64,000 bases of DNA from Planctomycetota bacterium (GTDB taxonomy: Bacteria > Planctomycetota > B15-G4). A program made the translations under genes and the position numbers. Positions 49,665 through 58,547 of this stretch are shown piece by piece. Positions within the stretch are counted from its first letter, which is position 1. Every line of letters starts with the position of its first letter. Where the stretch lies: the NCBI GenBank assembly GCA_965248575.1, contig CBDFJQ010000002.1, positions 3,712,001 to 3,776,000 of the forward strand. The letters run 5' to 3'. Under the pieces are notes generated by a model, which made no database searches, was not told the DNA's origin, and saw only the letters and a program-made list of their open reading frames with translations.

Positions 49665-50186
49665 CTACAACACCCCGTCCAAAGCCTCGAACACCGCATC
49701 CGCACCGCCGAATGCGCTGCTCATGTCCGAGGTCCACGCGATGTTGCCGTCGCGGTCGAGGATGATCTGCGTCAGCACGGACTTCACGCCGAAGGCCTCG
49801 GTGGCGCTGTCGTCGGCGAAGGCCCAGGTGTAGTCCAGGCCTGAAGACGCGATCCAGTCCTTGCCGGCTTGCGGCGGCTCGAAGGCGTTGATGGCGAGGA
49901 TCTCGACACCCTTCTCGCGGTACTCGTCTTCGCGGTCGCTCATGTCACGCATGAGCTCGATGCAGCCGCTTCAGGTGGAACCCCAGAAGTCGAGCAGCAC
50001 GACCTTGCCCTGCAGACTGGCGACGGGGAGTGGGCTGCCGTCGAGGGCCGTGAAGGACACTGCGGGTGCGGGCGTGCCGACGCTGATGTCGGGGGAGAGC
50101 TGGCTCCCCTTGTAGAGGATGCTGGCGCTCGCGGCGAGAGCGAGCGTCGCGACAACGGCTAGGGCGATCTTGGCGGGTTTCTTCAT
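49665..50186 (-). CDS. TlpA/AhpC-TSA-like thioredoxin-fold selenoprotein (UxxC; in-frame UGA at 49973-49971)
   Basis: Continuous frame GKVVLLDFWGST-UGA-SGCIELM..GVEILAIN..AFGVKSVLTQIILDRDGNI; the UGA aligns with the first Cys of DFWATWCxxC; N-terminal TM; hairpin directly downstream. Confidence 0.85.
49932..49969 (-). promoter_or_regulatory. candidate bacterial SECIS element
   Basis: mRNA after the UGA: A-GCGG-CUGCAUCGA-GCUCAUG-CGUGA-CAUGAGC-GA-CCGC; perfect 7-bp upper stem, GCGG/CCGC lower stem, loop starts after 21 nt and has G at its second position. Confidence 0.7.
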
Positions 50187-50633
50187 GGGAATGTTGTACA
50201 CCGAGCGGGGATGGAGAGGCCTTTGAGCAGCAAGCTGGGCAGCAGGGGCATCTCATCGAAGACGACGACTCGCTCGCTTCGGACCACGGGGCCGGGAAGC
50301 TCCATGGGCACGAACTGCTGGGCGCTGGCGCTGGGCAGGGCGGCGGTGAGTCGGCGGAGGGTGGCGGTCACAATGTGCTTTCGGGGTGAGATCTGCGCGG
50401 GTGTTGGGCCCCGAGGGGGTGGGAAGTATTGGGCAAGTTCCGGAAGCTGACGAGTGCTCTGGCTTCGGCCCCTGGCGTGTTCGCGGATGCCCCGGTAGCT
50501 TGATGGCCTGGAATCACCAGTCGTGCGTCCCGATTCCTGACTTCTCGTGGCTCCAGTTGGTTGCGTCCCGTGGCGGGCTGGAAGCGTTCATCAAGCACTT
50601 GGTCATCAGACATCCTGGGGGGGTCTGGAGCTC

Positions 50634-52406
50634 ATGGCGGATTCGAATCATCCGGTGCCCGATGCCGATTCTGGTGGGGGCAAGAAGAGTGCCAAGTCGC
50701 GGGCCGCTCTAGAGTTTGCCCGGGGTATCCGTGCGCGGCTCCAGGCCCTCGGTCGGACCGAACAGGATTTCAAGCGCACCTTCGGCAAGAGCGCGAGAGA
50801 TTGGTTGAACGCGCTACGGTTGCCGCGCAGCCAGGAGACTTACGGGCAGATCGCCGACGACCTGCAGTGTGAGGTGGGCGAGCTGTTCTTGAGCGAGAAG
50901 GGTGAGGCCGCCCCGAACCCGCCGCCGAACCCGCTGCGGTTCACCATGAGCAACGTGGAGCTCATGCACAACCTTCCCCCACTCAAGGAGCAGGACGACA
51001 TCGTCGTGTTGGCGGACCGTCTGCTCATCCAATCCCCGTCCAGCAAATTGCCCGTCAACATCAAGGTTCTCCTGCACGCCGTCCAGGCACGGGTCACCTT
51101 CCTGGTGCCGAAGGAGGACTTCTTCAAACGTGGGAAGAGCGGCTGGGTCCCGGACGACATCCTGCTCAGCGCACGGAAGCATCTCGACCCCGCGGCAGCC
51201 AGCCGCCTGCGTGTCTTCGCCGTGGACACGAGCCTGATGCGCGTGGGGCGTGTGTCCGGCATGGTCGCCTTCGTCTTCGAGCGGAGCAGTCGCCAGAACG
51301 GACCGAAAGTTGTCTTCGAGGAGGTGCGCGCCACCGCGCCGTATCAGACCCACACTGACAACCGCTGGCTGAAGATCCAGAACGCCGAGGCCAAGGCCCT
51401 CTGGGAAGATGTGCGGCTCGGGGTGATCCCCGTGGAGAACCCGAGTTGGACCAAGGCGGGGCACCCAGGAACGGTGCGCAACACCGGCCAGAAGCAGTTC
51501 GAGCCCCAGCGCTACGAGCTGCTGCGCGAACTCAGCACCTTTCCCTACGCGACGAGCCAGAAGTTGGTGAAGCGGCTGCGCAAGTTCGTCCAGGCCGACG
51601 GCAAGCGACCGCTCGAGGTGGTGGAGATCGGCCCCGGCTCCATGAAGACCAGTGACCAGCTCCTGCTCGGTGCGTTCCGCGAGAGCGGCGCCCGGGAGTT
51701 CTGCGTGCTCGGCCTTGAGCCCTCATGGACCTACGACGAGCCCACGAAGGAGATGAACCGGCACAAGGCCGCCTACCTCGACACGACCTTCGAGGATTGG
51801 AAACCCCGCCGGCTGTACGACCTGGCGGTCAGCTTGCACTCCTGGTACCACATCGATGTCGAGTGCTTGGCCAAGCTGGTAGCGGTCCTGCGCCCGGGCG
51901 GCCAGGCCGTCCTCGTACTGGGCGCCTTCAAAGGCAACGTCATCTGCCAGATGGCGCGGGCAGTGGATCTCTGGGTTGGCAAGGAGACATCCATGCAGGG
52001 CGGCAACCCTTCGTCCAGCGCCAACCCTTTCCGCACCCATGCGGAGGAGGTGGAGTCCTGGCTCACCAGCAAGGGTCTCCTCGATGGGGACCCGCTCGAG
52101 GTCAACACCGAGTTGGACGTCACGGGTTGGGCTGGGAGCCGGGACGATCCTTTCCCCAAGGGGACGAAAGGGCGCCAGATCCTGGACTACTTCCTTGGCA
52201 AGAAGGCGACGAGGTTCGAGGCCTGGGCGAACACAGGTGAGGCGAAGAAGCTCTGGGCGGCACTCAGCGGCAGGACGAAGGCGGTACAGATTCAGAAGGC
52301 GTTCGTGATCCGCCGCCCGGCATCCGGAGAAGACGCGCTCTTCCGGCGATCCAGGCCGGTCGTACGCAATGCTGGTCCAGAAGCCGAAGGTGGTGCCCAG
52401 GGGTAA
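50634..52406 (+). CDS. XRE-like HTH protein fused to a class I SAM-dependent methyltransferase
   Basis: N-terminal IRARLQALGRTEQDF..WLN..LP...QIADDLQCEVGELF; C-terminal VVEIGPGS, LGLEPS, TTFEDW, YDLAVSLHSWYHI, LRPGG; GGAG RBS. Confidence 0.7.
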   Translation: MADSNHPVPDADSGGGKKSAKSRAALEFARGIRARLQALGRTEQDFKRTFGKSARDWLNALRLPRSQETYGQIADDLQCEVGELFLSEKGEAAPNPPPNPLRFTMSNVELMHNLPPLKEQDDIVVLADRLLIQSPSSKLPVNIKVLLHAVQARVTFLVPKEDFFKRGKSGWVPDDILLSARKHLDPAAASRLRVFAVDTSLMRVGRVSGMVAFVFERSSRQNGPKVVFEEVRATAPYQTHTDNRWLKIQNAEAKALWEDVRLGVIPVENPSWTKAGHPGTVRNTGQKQFEPQRYELLRELSTFPYATSQKLVKRLRKFVQADGKRPLEVVEIGPGSMKTSDQLLLGAFRESGAREFCVLGLEPSWTYDEPTKEMNRHKAAYLDTTFEDWKPRRLYDLAVSLHSWYHIDVECLAKLVAVLRPGGQAVLVLGAFKGNVICQMARAVDLWVGKETSMQGGNPSSSANPFRTHAEEVESWLTSKGLLDGDPLEVNTELDVTGWAGSRDDPFPKGTKGRQILDYFLGKKATRFEAWANTGEAKKLWAALSGRTKAVQIQKAFVIRRPASGEDALFRRSRPVVRNAGPEAEGGAQG

Positions 52407-52539
52407 TGGGCCTCCTCCAGAGGGCTGTCGCTCGATAGCCCACGCGAGTGCCGAAACATGGCCGCTCGTGGGCTTCCCGGCGCTGCGGGTTCCTCGTCGG
52501 TTTCCATTTGCCGCCGACCGGTGGCAGGTCCTCGGTGCC

Positions 52540-53178
52540 TCAATGGTTCGCCGGATCGGCGACCTTGAATGCGTCGACCAGGGCGGCCAGCGCTTCTCCG
52601 CCCCGTCCCGAACGCTCAAGGCCCTTCTTCTGATAGTGAAGGATGCAGCCAGCGCGGCTGAGAGCCAGATAGGGCAGGTCGGCTTCGGCCTGGGACAGGG
52701 GCACCTCGGTCTCACAGGCCTTGAGGCCCGAGAAGGCGGCGGTGTAGTCCCAGCAGTCAGGTGTCGCCCAACGCCAGCCCCGAGGCTCGGCGTGCATCTG
52801 CGGATCGATGACGTCCTTCAGGAGGTTCATCAAGCCGTCGTCGGCGCTCAGCAGCGCCTTCTTGATGCGTGCGTCCAAGAGGGCCGCCATGAGGCGGATG
52901 ACCTCCCGTTGCATGAGCAGGATCAGGCGGTGAGGGGCCAAGTGCCCCAAGCCAGCCTTCTCCATCCGGCGCCGTGCCGACGGGAAGGCCTTTGCGAACG
53001 CACGATCCCGTGTGGGAGGTGGGAGCCTGTACTTCTTCACGGTCTCGAGACAGCGAGCCTCGAGCAGCCGCAGCAGCTCTCCTTGGATAGGTGGATGACT
53101 CAACTCGAGGTCCAGGCCCCGAAGGTGATCGCCCGGCGTGCCCGCGCCGAACTCAGGTTCTTCCGTGCAGTGTTCCAT
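52540..53178 (-). CDS. hypothetical protein
   Basis: 212-aa helical ORF with plausible codon usage; no family recognised with confidence. Confidence 0.5.
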   Translation of the reverse strand: MEHCTEEPEFGAGTPGDHLRGLDLELSHPPIQGELLRLLEARCLETVKKYRLPPPTRDRAFAKAFPSARRRMEKAGLGHLAPHRLILLMQREVIRLMAALLDARIKKALLSADDGLMNLLKDVIDPQMHAEPRGWRWATPDCWDYTAAFSGLKACETEVPLSQAEADLPYLALSRAGCILHYQKKGLERSGRGGEALAALVDAFKVADPANH

Positions 53179-53602
53179 TCTCAATGTGTGCCCTAGATGG
53201 TTTTGATCACCGCAGCGTGCGGTGTTCGTGTTCACGCTGTTGCAGCACTCGTCCGCCGACGACCTTGCCGTCGTTCGACGATCTCTCTCTTCGTGCTGCA
53301 GCCCGTGATGCCCGTACCAATCGAGGGGTATGAGTGCGTCAGGACTTGTTCTCTGCCGACTCCCCAGCCGACAGCGTGCCGTGGTGAGGAACCTGGCCCG
53401 AGAGCGTGAGCATCAGCGGACCAGATCCCTCGTATCCGTGTTTCTCAGTCAGCCGGTCAGGCCTGACTCCCGGCAACTGCCCGCCGCGATCGCGAGAGAT
53501 GCCGAAGTGTTCCCCGTCGCCATCTGCCCGCCAGGCAGTTGGCGTGGTCGTTCCTGTCGTGCGTCCTTGTCCGTGTCGCCGCACTGTCATACCCCGGAAC
53601 CC

Positions 53603-53896
53603 TCACAGGAGCTTCTCCTTCCTGTGGGGGGTGGCGGCCACCGGTCCACCCTTCTTGGGGGCCTTGGCGGCCGTCTTCGGCGCCTTGAGCGCGGCCTTCA
53701 CCGGGTTCTTCGGCGCCTTGTCCGCCCCCTTGTCCAGCTTCTTGGAGGGGTTCTGCTTGGGGGCAGTCTTGGAGTCCGTCTTCTTCGCCACGGTGGGGCC
53801 GGTCGCTGCGGACGAGGCCTTCTTGGGCTCGTGGCTCTTGGCGGGGCTCTTGTCCTTCTTGGAAGGAACGTGCTTCTTGGTCTTCGTGGCGAACAT
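53603..53896 (-). CDS. histone H1-like Lys/Ala/Pro-rich basic protein
   Basis: 97 aa with 26 Lys, KAPK/AKK repeats, strongly AAG/GCC-biased codons, GGGAGA RBS. Confidence 0.7.
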   Translation of the reverse strand: MFATKTKKHVPSKKDKSPAKSHEPKKASSAATGPTVAKKTDSKTAPKQNPSKKLDKGADKAPKNPVKAALKAPKTAAKAPKKGGPVAATPHRKEKLL

Positions 53897-54154
53897 GCTG
53901 TGTCTCCCAGGTCTCAAGTGTTTCAAACAGACGAATGCGGCACCCTTTGCCGCCGTTACATGCAACACGCACCGAAGAACGCCAGTGTGACGGCCTTTTG
54001 TGAACGAACTGTTCGCCGAGTGGCCGCTCAACAGACCTAAATGCCTTGAGATTCAAAGGCAACGGCTGCGAGACCGTTTTCTGATCGATCGCCCGGACGT
54101 CGGGCCTTCAGCCGGTTTCTCCATGCCTCTTTGGGTGTTGGGCGAGGGCTCGGT

Positions 54155-54187
54155 GATTGAATCAGACCGCATGGCGATTGAATCAGA
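54155..54187. repeat. 12-bp direct repeat GATTGAATCAGA x2 (21-bp period), candidate operator
   Basis: Copies at 54155-54166 and 54176-54187, each containing the palindrome GATT-G-AATC; partial third copy TTGAATCAG at 54554-54562. Confidence 0.6.
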
Positions 54188-54626
54188 GGGCGCGCTTTTG
54201 GGCGGTGCCAAGCCTTCGCGGGGCCAGCTCGCCGTGCATCGTTCGTTTGTGCGGCGCTCTTCAGTCCTGCGCCGCATGCCGACTTCTCACAACGGCGAGT
54301 GAGTTGCGATTAAACAAGCTGGCCTGCGACACAACGTGCAGTTTGCGATTTTTAGAAAACGCATTCGACACGCGTTGTGCATGACGTTGAACAGCTTGAC
54401 GCGGCAGAGCACGAAGCTATCTGCAGGCGTGGGAAAGCTCTCTCCTCTTTCTTCAGTCGTTACGTCACGGCCCTGTTCTGGGCGGCGTGATCTTTCTGAA
54501 TGAAAGAACGGGGGCGGGCGACGTAGTCGCCCTCCTCGAGACACCAGTCAGGCTTGAATCAGGAGCCATGGCTTGCAGCAAGTAGCAAGTCAGGCGCCAC
54601 AGTAATCTCTCCCTTGGAGTCGACCT

Positions 54627-55355
54627 ATGAAAGGTGAGGCAGGGCGTAATGATGGCGAGTGGGACCCCATGGATGATCGTCGGGATGACGGTGACGAAGT
54701 GGGAAGCGGCAAGGAGGCAGCGGATGAGCGCCTCGATGCCGAGGGAAGCTCCTCTCCGGAGCTGGAAGAGGCCGAGCAGGCGTTCGTCGACGATCTGAGC
54801 GTCGAGCCCGTCGAGTTCGGCGACGATGCTGCCGACCTCGATCTCAACGACGGCCTCGACCCCGACCAGGAAGACGAGGTCAGCGCCAGGATCGACGAGC
54901 AAGAAGTCGCCCAAAAGGTCGAGGCCGAGGCCAAGCGGCTGCTGGACGAGTTCCTGCTGGATGCGGCCCGGGCTCACGGAGGCCTCGAACAGGCGCTGCT
55001 TGCCTTCAAGGCCCGAATTCAGGCGGCTTGGGACGCCCTTGCCGCTGCCACGGTGCCCCTGGGAGAGCGGCTCTCAGGCGCCCTGGATTCGCTGACCCTC
55101 CCGGAACCCCAGAAGTGGGTGTCACCGGAGATGGTCGCCCTGACCCGGGCCGTGTTGGCGGAAGCGGCCGTTTTGTTCCTCCCCTCGTTCCGGGCCTCGT
55201 ACTTCCTGGACCAACTCCGCGGCCTCACACCTGCGGAGGTGGCCCGTGCACACGGGGTGAACTCCCATCGTGTCCGGCTCGAGCTCGCACGGGCCCGCCG
55301 TCGGCTGTTGCGCGACCCGTTGGTCCAGGCGCTGCTCGTGGCGGTGGCGGCATGA
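54627..55355 (+). CDS. sigma-70 region-4 HTH protein with long acidic N-terminus
   Basis: D/E-rich first ~100 aa; C-terminal FRASYFLDQLRGLTPAEVARAHGV....VRLELARARRRL; no recognisable region 2. Confidence 0.65.
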   Translation: MKGEAGRNDGEWDPMDDRRDDGDEVGSGKEAADERLDAEGSSSPELEEAEQAFVDDLSVEPVEFGDDAADLDLNDGLDPDQEDEVSARIDEQEVAQKVEAEAKRLLDEFLLDAARAHGGLEQALLAFKARIQAAWDALAAATVPLGERLSGALDSLTLPEPQKWVSPEMVALTRAVLAEAAVLFLPSFRASYFLDQLRGLTPAEVARAHGVNSHRVRLELARARRRLLRDPLVQALLVAVAA

Positions 55356-56104
55356 GTCAGCAGCACAACAAGGCGCTGGGGGCCGCCAAGAGCGTTGGCA
55401 AACGCAAGGCGGCCCCCTCCTCTCCTCCATTGTCTCCAGCACCCCTACCAGCCCCCGGGGCGGCGCCGGAGGATGTTGGCGAGCTGTTCGAAGAGCAGCT
55501 CACCGACACCTTCTGGGACGATGCCGAGCAGGCCCTCAACACCACGGCCGCCCTCTGGGAGGGGCACCCGAGCCTGGCGCATCGCTCCTACTTCATCTAC
55601 GCCATGTACCTGTACGTGCTGCAGAACGAGTCGAAGTTGCAGTGGCTCTGCGCCGGACAGGACTTCGTGGAGGTGTACGAGAAGTTCCAGGAGCGGCTCA
55701 GCAACAAGTCAGGCAGCCAGTTCCCCAAGCACTCCCACGAACGTGCGGTGAGCGCCTGGGTGACGACCGTCTGGAAGAACGCGGCTCTCGACGTCGCCCG
55801 AACGCGCCTGCGCAAGCGGACGACCTCCTGGGACGAGTTGGAGTCGAAGCCCATCCGTGCGGACGCTTCCCTGGAGCCGCCCGAAGGCCTGGCCCAGGGT
55901 GAGGCCGTGGCGGCGGTGCACGCGGCCTTGGCCGGGCTGCCCATGGACTACCGCATGGTCATGGGCATGCGCTTGCACGGCTACTCGTTCAAGCTGATCG
56001 CGAAGGAGATGGACATCTCCGCCGAGTACGCACGCCAGTTGGCGCATCGTGCCCGTCTTCGGCTGGCCCAGGACCAGGACCTCAAGCACCTGGACCCGGG
56101 TTGA
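55352..56104 (+). CDS. ECF-like sigma factor
   Basis: ATGA-coupled; SAWVTTVWKNAALDVAR (region 2 end); ALAGLPMDYRMV..GYSFKLIAKEMDIS...ARQLAHRARLRL (region 4). Confidence 0.78.
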   Translation: MSQQHNKALGAAKSVGKRKAAPSSPPLSPAPLPAPGAAPEDVGELFEEQLTDTFWDDAEQALNTTAALWEGHPSLAHRSYFIYAMYLYVLQNESKLQWLCAGQDFVEVYEKFQERLSNKSGSQFPKHSHERAVSAWVTTVWKNAALDVARTRLRKRTTSWDELESKPIRADASLEPPEGLAQGEAVAAVHAALAGLPMDYRMVMGMRLHGYSFKLIAKEMDISAEYARQLAHRARLRLAQDQDLKHLDPG

Positions 56105-56174
56105 CGTCCGGTCGAAGACCACCGCTCAAGCTGCCCCTATAACCAGCCCGCTGGCCGACGCATAGTAGGACGCC

Positions 56175-57479
56175 ATGGTCCTACGCCCCGTGACGTCGTT
56201 CCTGCAGTCGGCTCCTGCCGACTTTGAGCCCCTCGTGGAGACGCCGGTGCAGAGTCAGGTCCAGGGCCCGGCCTCGGTTGAAGGTTCGGCCCCGGTGGGA
56301 GACCCGGCCCAGTTGCCCGTTGATCCCGCGGCAGGGGGGCTCGGTGAACCGCTGGCCGCCGAGGCCACCGAAGCCGAGACGACCCAAGCCCTCCAGCTCC
56401 CCGATTGGCTCATCCCCGAGACGCTCCAGGGTTACCTCGGCAACCCGTGGGTGCTGGCTGCAGTCATCGTCCTCATCTCGCTGATGCTGGCGAAGATCGC
56501 CGACTGGACCGTGACGGGCATCGTCAAGGTGGTGGCCAAGCGCACGCGCACCGAGCTGGACGACGAGCTGCTCGGCAACCTGCACGGGCCCGTGGTCAAG
56601 ACAGTGGTCTTGATCGGCTTGTGGGTGGCCTGCTCGGTGCTTGAGGACAAAGAGGCCCCGCTGCTCTGGGTGCATGGCCTGCTTGCCAGCATCATCCTCA
56701 TCGTCTGGACAGCCGGCGTGTGGCGCACCATGGGGTTGGTGCTCAAGGCCATGTCCCGCCATGCCTCCCGCTTCCACGCCGTTGACGAGCGCACCATGCC
56801 GCTCTTCAGCAACGTCGGCAAACTGCTCGTCTTTGCCATCGCCATCTACATGTTGATCCAGGTCTGGAACCTGGATGCCAGCGGCTGGATCGCATCGGCA
56901 GGCGTTGCTGGTATCGCCCTCGGCTTCGCTGCCAAGGACACCCTCGCCAACCTCTTTGCCGGTGTCTTCATCATTGCCGATGCGCCGTACCGCGTGGGCG
57001 ACTACGTGAGCCTCGACTCGGGCTATCGCGGTCGGGTGCAGCAGATCGGTCTGCGCTCCACCCGCATCCTCACCCGAGACGACATCGAGCTGACGGTGCC
57101 CAACTCGGTGATCGGTTCCGGCGCCATCGTCAACGAATCCTCCGGCGCTCCCCGCTACCGGATCCGCGTGAAGGTGGGCGTGGCCTACGGTTCCGACATC
57201 GACAAAGTGCGGGACGTGCTCATGGGCGTGGCGGCCTCGGTTGACCTGGCCCTGAAGAACCCCGAGCCGCGAGTGCGCTTTCGCACCTTTGGCGCCAGTT
57301 CACTCGACTTCGAGCTCCTGGCCTGGATCCGTGAACCCGAACTTCGGGGGCGTACGCTCGATGCCCTGAACCGGGAGGTCTACAAGCGCTTCGCCCAGGA
57401 AGGGATCGAGATCTCCTTCCCGCAGCAGGACCTGCACGTGCGCAGCTTGCCCGAGGGCTGGGGCCAAGCCGGGGCCTAG
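56175..57479 (+). CDS. mscS: small-conductance mechanosensitive channel family protein
   Basis: SAGVAGIALGFAAKDTLANLFAG, PYRVGDY, G.V..IGLRSTRI.T, VPNS, FGASSLDF, GIEISFPQ. Confidence 0.92.
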   Translation: MVLRPVTSFLQSAPADFEPLVETPVQSQVQGPASVEGSAPVGDPAQLPVDPAAGGLGEPLAAEATEAETTQALQLPDWLIPETLQGYLGNPWVLAAVIVLISLMLAKIADWTVTGIVKVVAKRTRTELDDELLGNLHGPVVKTVVLIGLWVACSVLEDKEAPLLWVHGLLASIILIVWTAGVWRTMGLVLKAMSRHASRFHAVDERTMPLFSNVGKLLVFAIAIYMLIQVWNLDASGWIASAGVAGIALGFAAKDTLANLFAGVFIIADAPYRVGDYVSLDSGYRGRVQQIGLRSTRILTRDDIELTVPNSVIGSGAIVNESSGAPRYRIRVKVGVAYGSDIDKVRDVLMGVAASVDLALKNPEPRVRFRTFGASSLDFELLAWIREPELRGRTLDALNREVYKRFAQEGIEISFPQQDLHVRSLPEGWGQAGA

Positions 57480-57483
57480 CCGG

Positions 57484-58416
57484 CTACTCGTCGTGCCCCT
57501 GTTCTACGAGGCGCAGGCTGCTCACTGCGAAGCGGCCGTCCGCGAGCCGGCCTGTCGTGCGGGCCAGGCGCACGGCGTTGCAGAAGCCGTCCGCTGCATG
57601 GGCGTCGCCGTGGTCATCAATGTCCGAGCCATCCACGAACCAGGCCTGCGTGCCGATGCGTACGGCGAGATCGCAGCCGTCCCCGGGCAGGTCGAACTGG
57701 CACTGGCCGCAGGCCGTCTCCACCAAGGCGTTGCGCGCCACCCTGGTCGTCTTGACCGAGGCCATGACGTAGGGCGGGTCGAAGCGCTTGTCGCCCAGCT
57801 GATGGAACAGCAAGCGGTAGCCATAGGAGTCCGGGTCCCGGAGGTCGTACTCGAAGGTGTAGACCATGTTCCCGGCGGGGGCGATGTCCTCGCCGTGCAG
57901 GCGGATGATTCCGTCGTCCTCCAACGTGCCCTTGGCGCTGATCCAATAGGTGCCCAGCGTGTCCATCTCGAGCAGGGTGTACTCCCCGTGGCGCTGGTCG
58001 AAGCCGAGCAGGCTGCGGCTCTCCACCGGGGTGTTCATGAAGTTGCTGTGGGTCGTGAGCTCGAGAAAGCGCCCGCCCAGGATGCTCCGGCCCCGGGAGT
58101 TGGCCACGGTCTTCAGGACCTCCGTGTCGGGAGCCATCCACATGGAGATGTCCAGCTCCCAACCGCCGACGTAGTTCGCCAGCCCGGCGTGCTCTTCGGA
58201 GATGCCGTCGCTGCTGAGCACCGCCGCGTAGTCCTCCTCGAACTGGGCCTGCATCTCTGCGTAGGGGTTCTGCTCGGCCTTGGACTCGACCTGGTTCTCG
58301 ACCTGGTTCTCGACCTTGGACTCGCCGGGGGCTTGCGAACCGGCCGTGGGGGCGGAGCAGGCGCCTGCGAGCAGCGCGCTGAGGAGGCCGGTGGTGAGGA
58401 TCGAGAGAGGGCGCAT
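57484..58416 (-). CDS. lipoprotein, DUF1579-like domain fused to DUF6370-like Cys/His domain
   Basis: AGAC lipobox; EH..L..YVGGW, ILGGRFL, GFD....Y....DT.GT; C-terminal ACGQCQF..GCDLAVRI..VDG.DIDDHGDAH..GFCN. Confidence 0.72.
   Translation of the reverse strand: MRPLSILTTGLLSALLAGACSAPTAGSQAPGESKVENQVENQVESKAEQNPYAEMQAQFEEDYAAVLSSDGISEEHAGLANYVGGWELDISMWMAPDTEVLKTVANSRGRSILGGRFLELTTHSNFMNTPVESRSLLGFDQRHGEYTLLEMDTLGTYWISAKGTLEDDGIIRLHGEDIAPAGNMVYTFEYDLRDPDSYGYRLLFHQLGDKRFDPPYVMASVKTTRVARNALVETACGQCQFDLPGDGCDLAVRIGTQAWFVDGSDIDDHGDAHAADGFCNAVRLARTTGRLADGRFAVSSLRLVEQGHDE
58285..58316. repeat. 12-bp in-frame tandem repeat encoding VENQ-VENQ-VE in the lipoprotein linker
   Basis: CTCGACCTGGTT x2 plus CTCGACCT. 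Confidence 0.7.
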
Positions 58417-58547
58417 GGGTCGCTCCGCAGCGGGGTGGCCCAGCATTCTGCCGGATGCCCCATACCGCGGTCACGTCCGGGGCGGGTTGGCGCCCTGGGT
58501 ACTCGACACTGCTGACAGAGCCCGGAGGTTCGGGTGTGTCTCCACGG

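Noticed and set aside
49665..50201. Two separate small genes or a nonsense pseudogene
   Set aside because: Single frame, UGA exactly at the catalytic Cys position and a SECIS-like hairpin favour one selenoprotein; a pseudogene is not fully excluded.
53197..53600. Short ORFs between the H1-like gene and the 52540 ORF (e.g. 53339-53590)
   Set aside because: No motif, RBS or codon-bias support.
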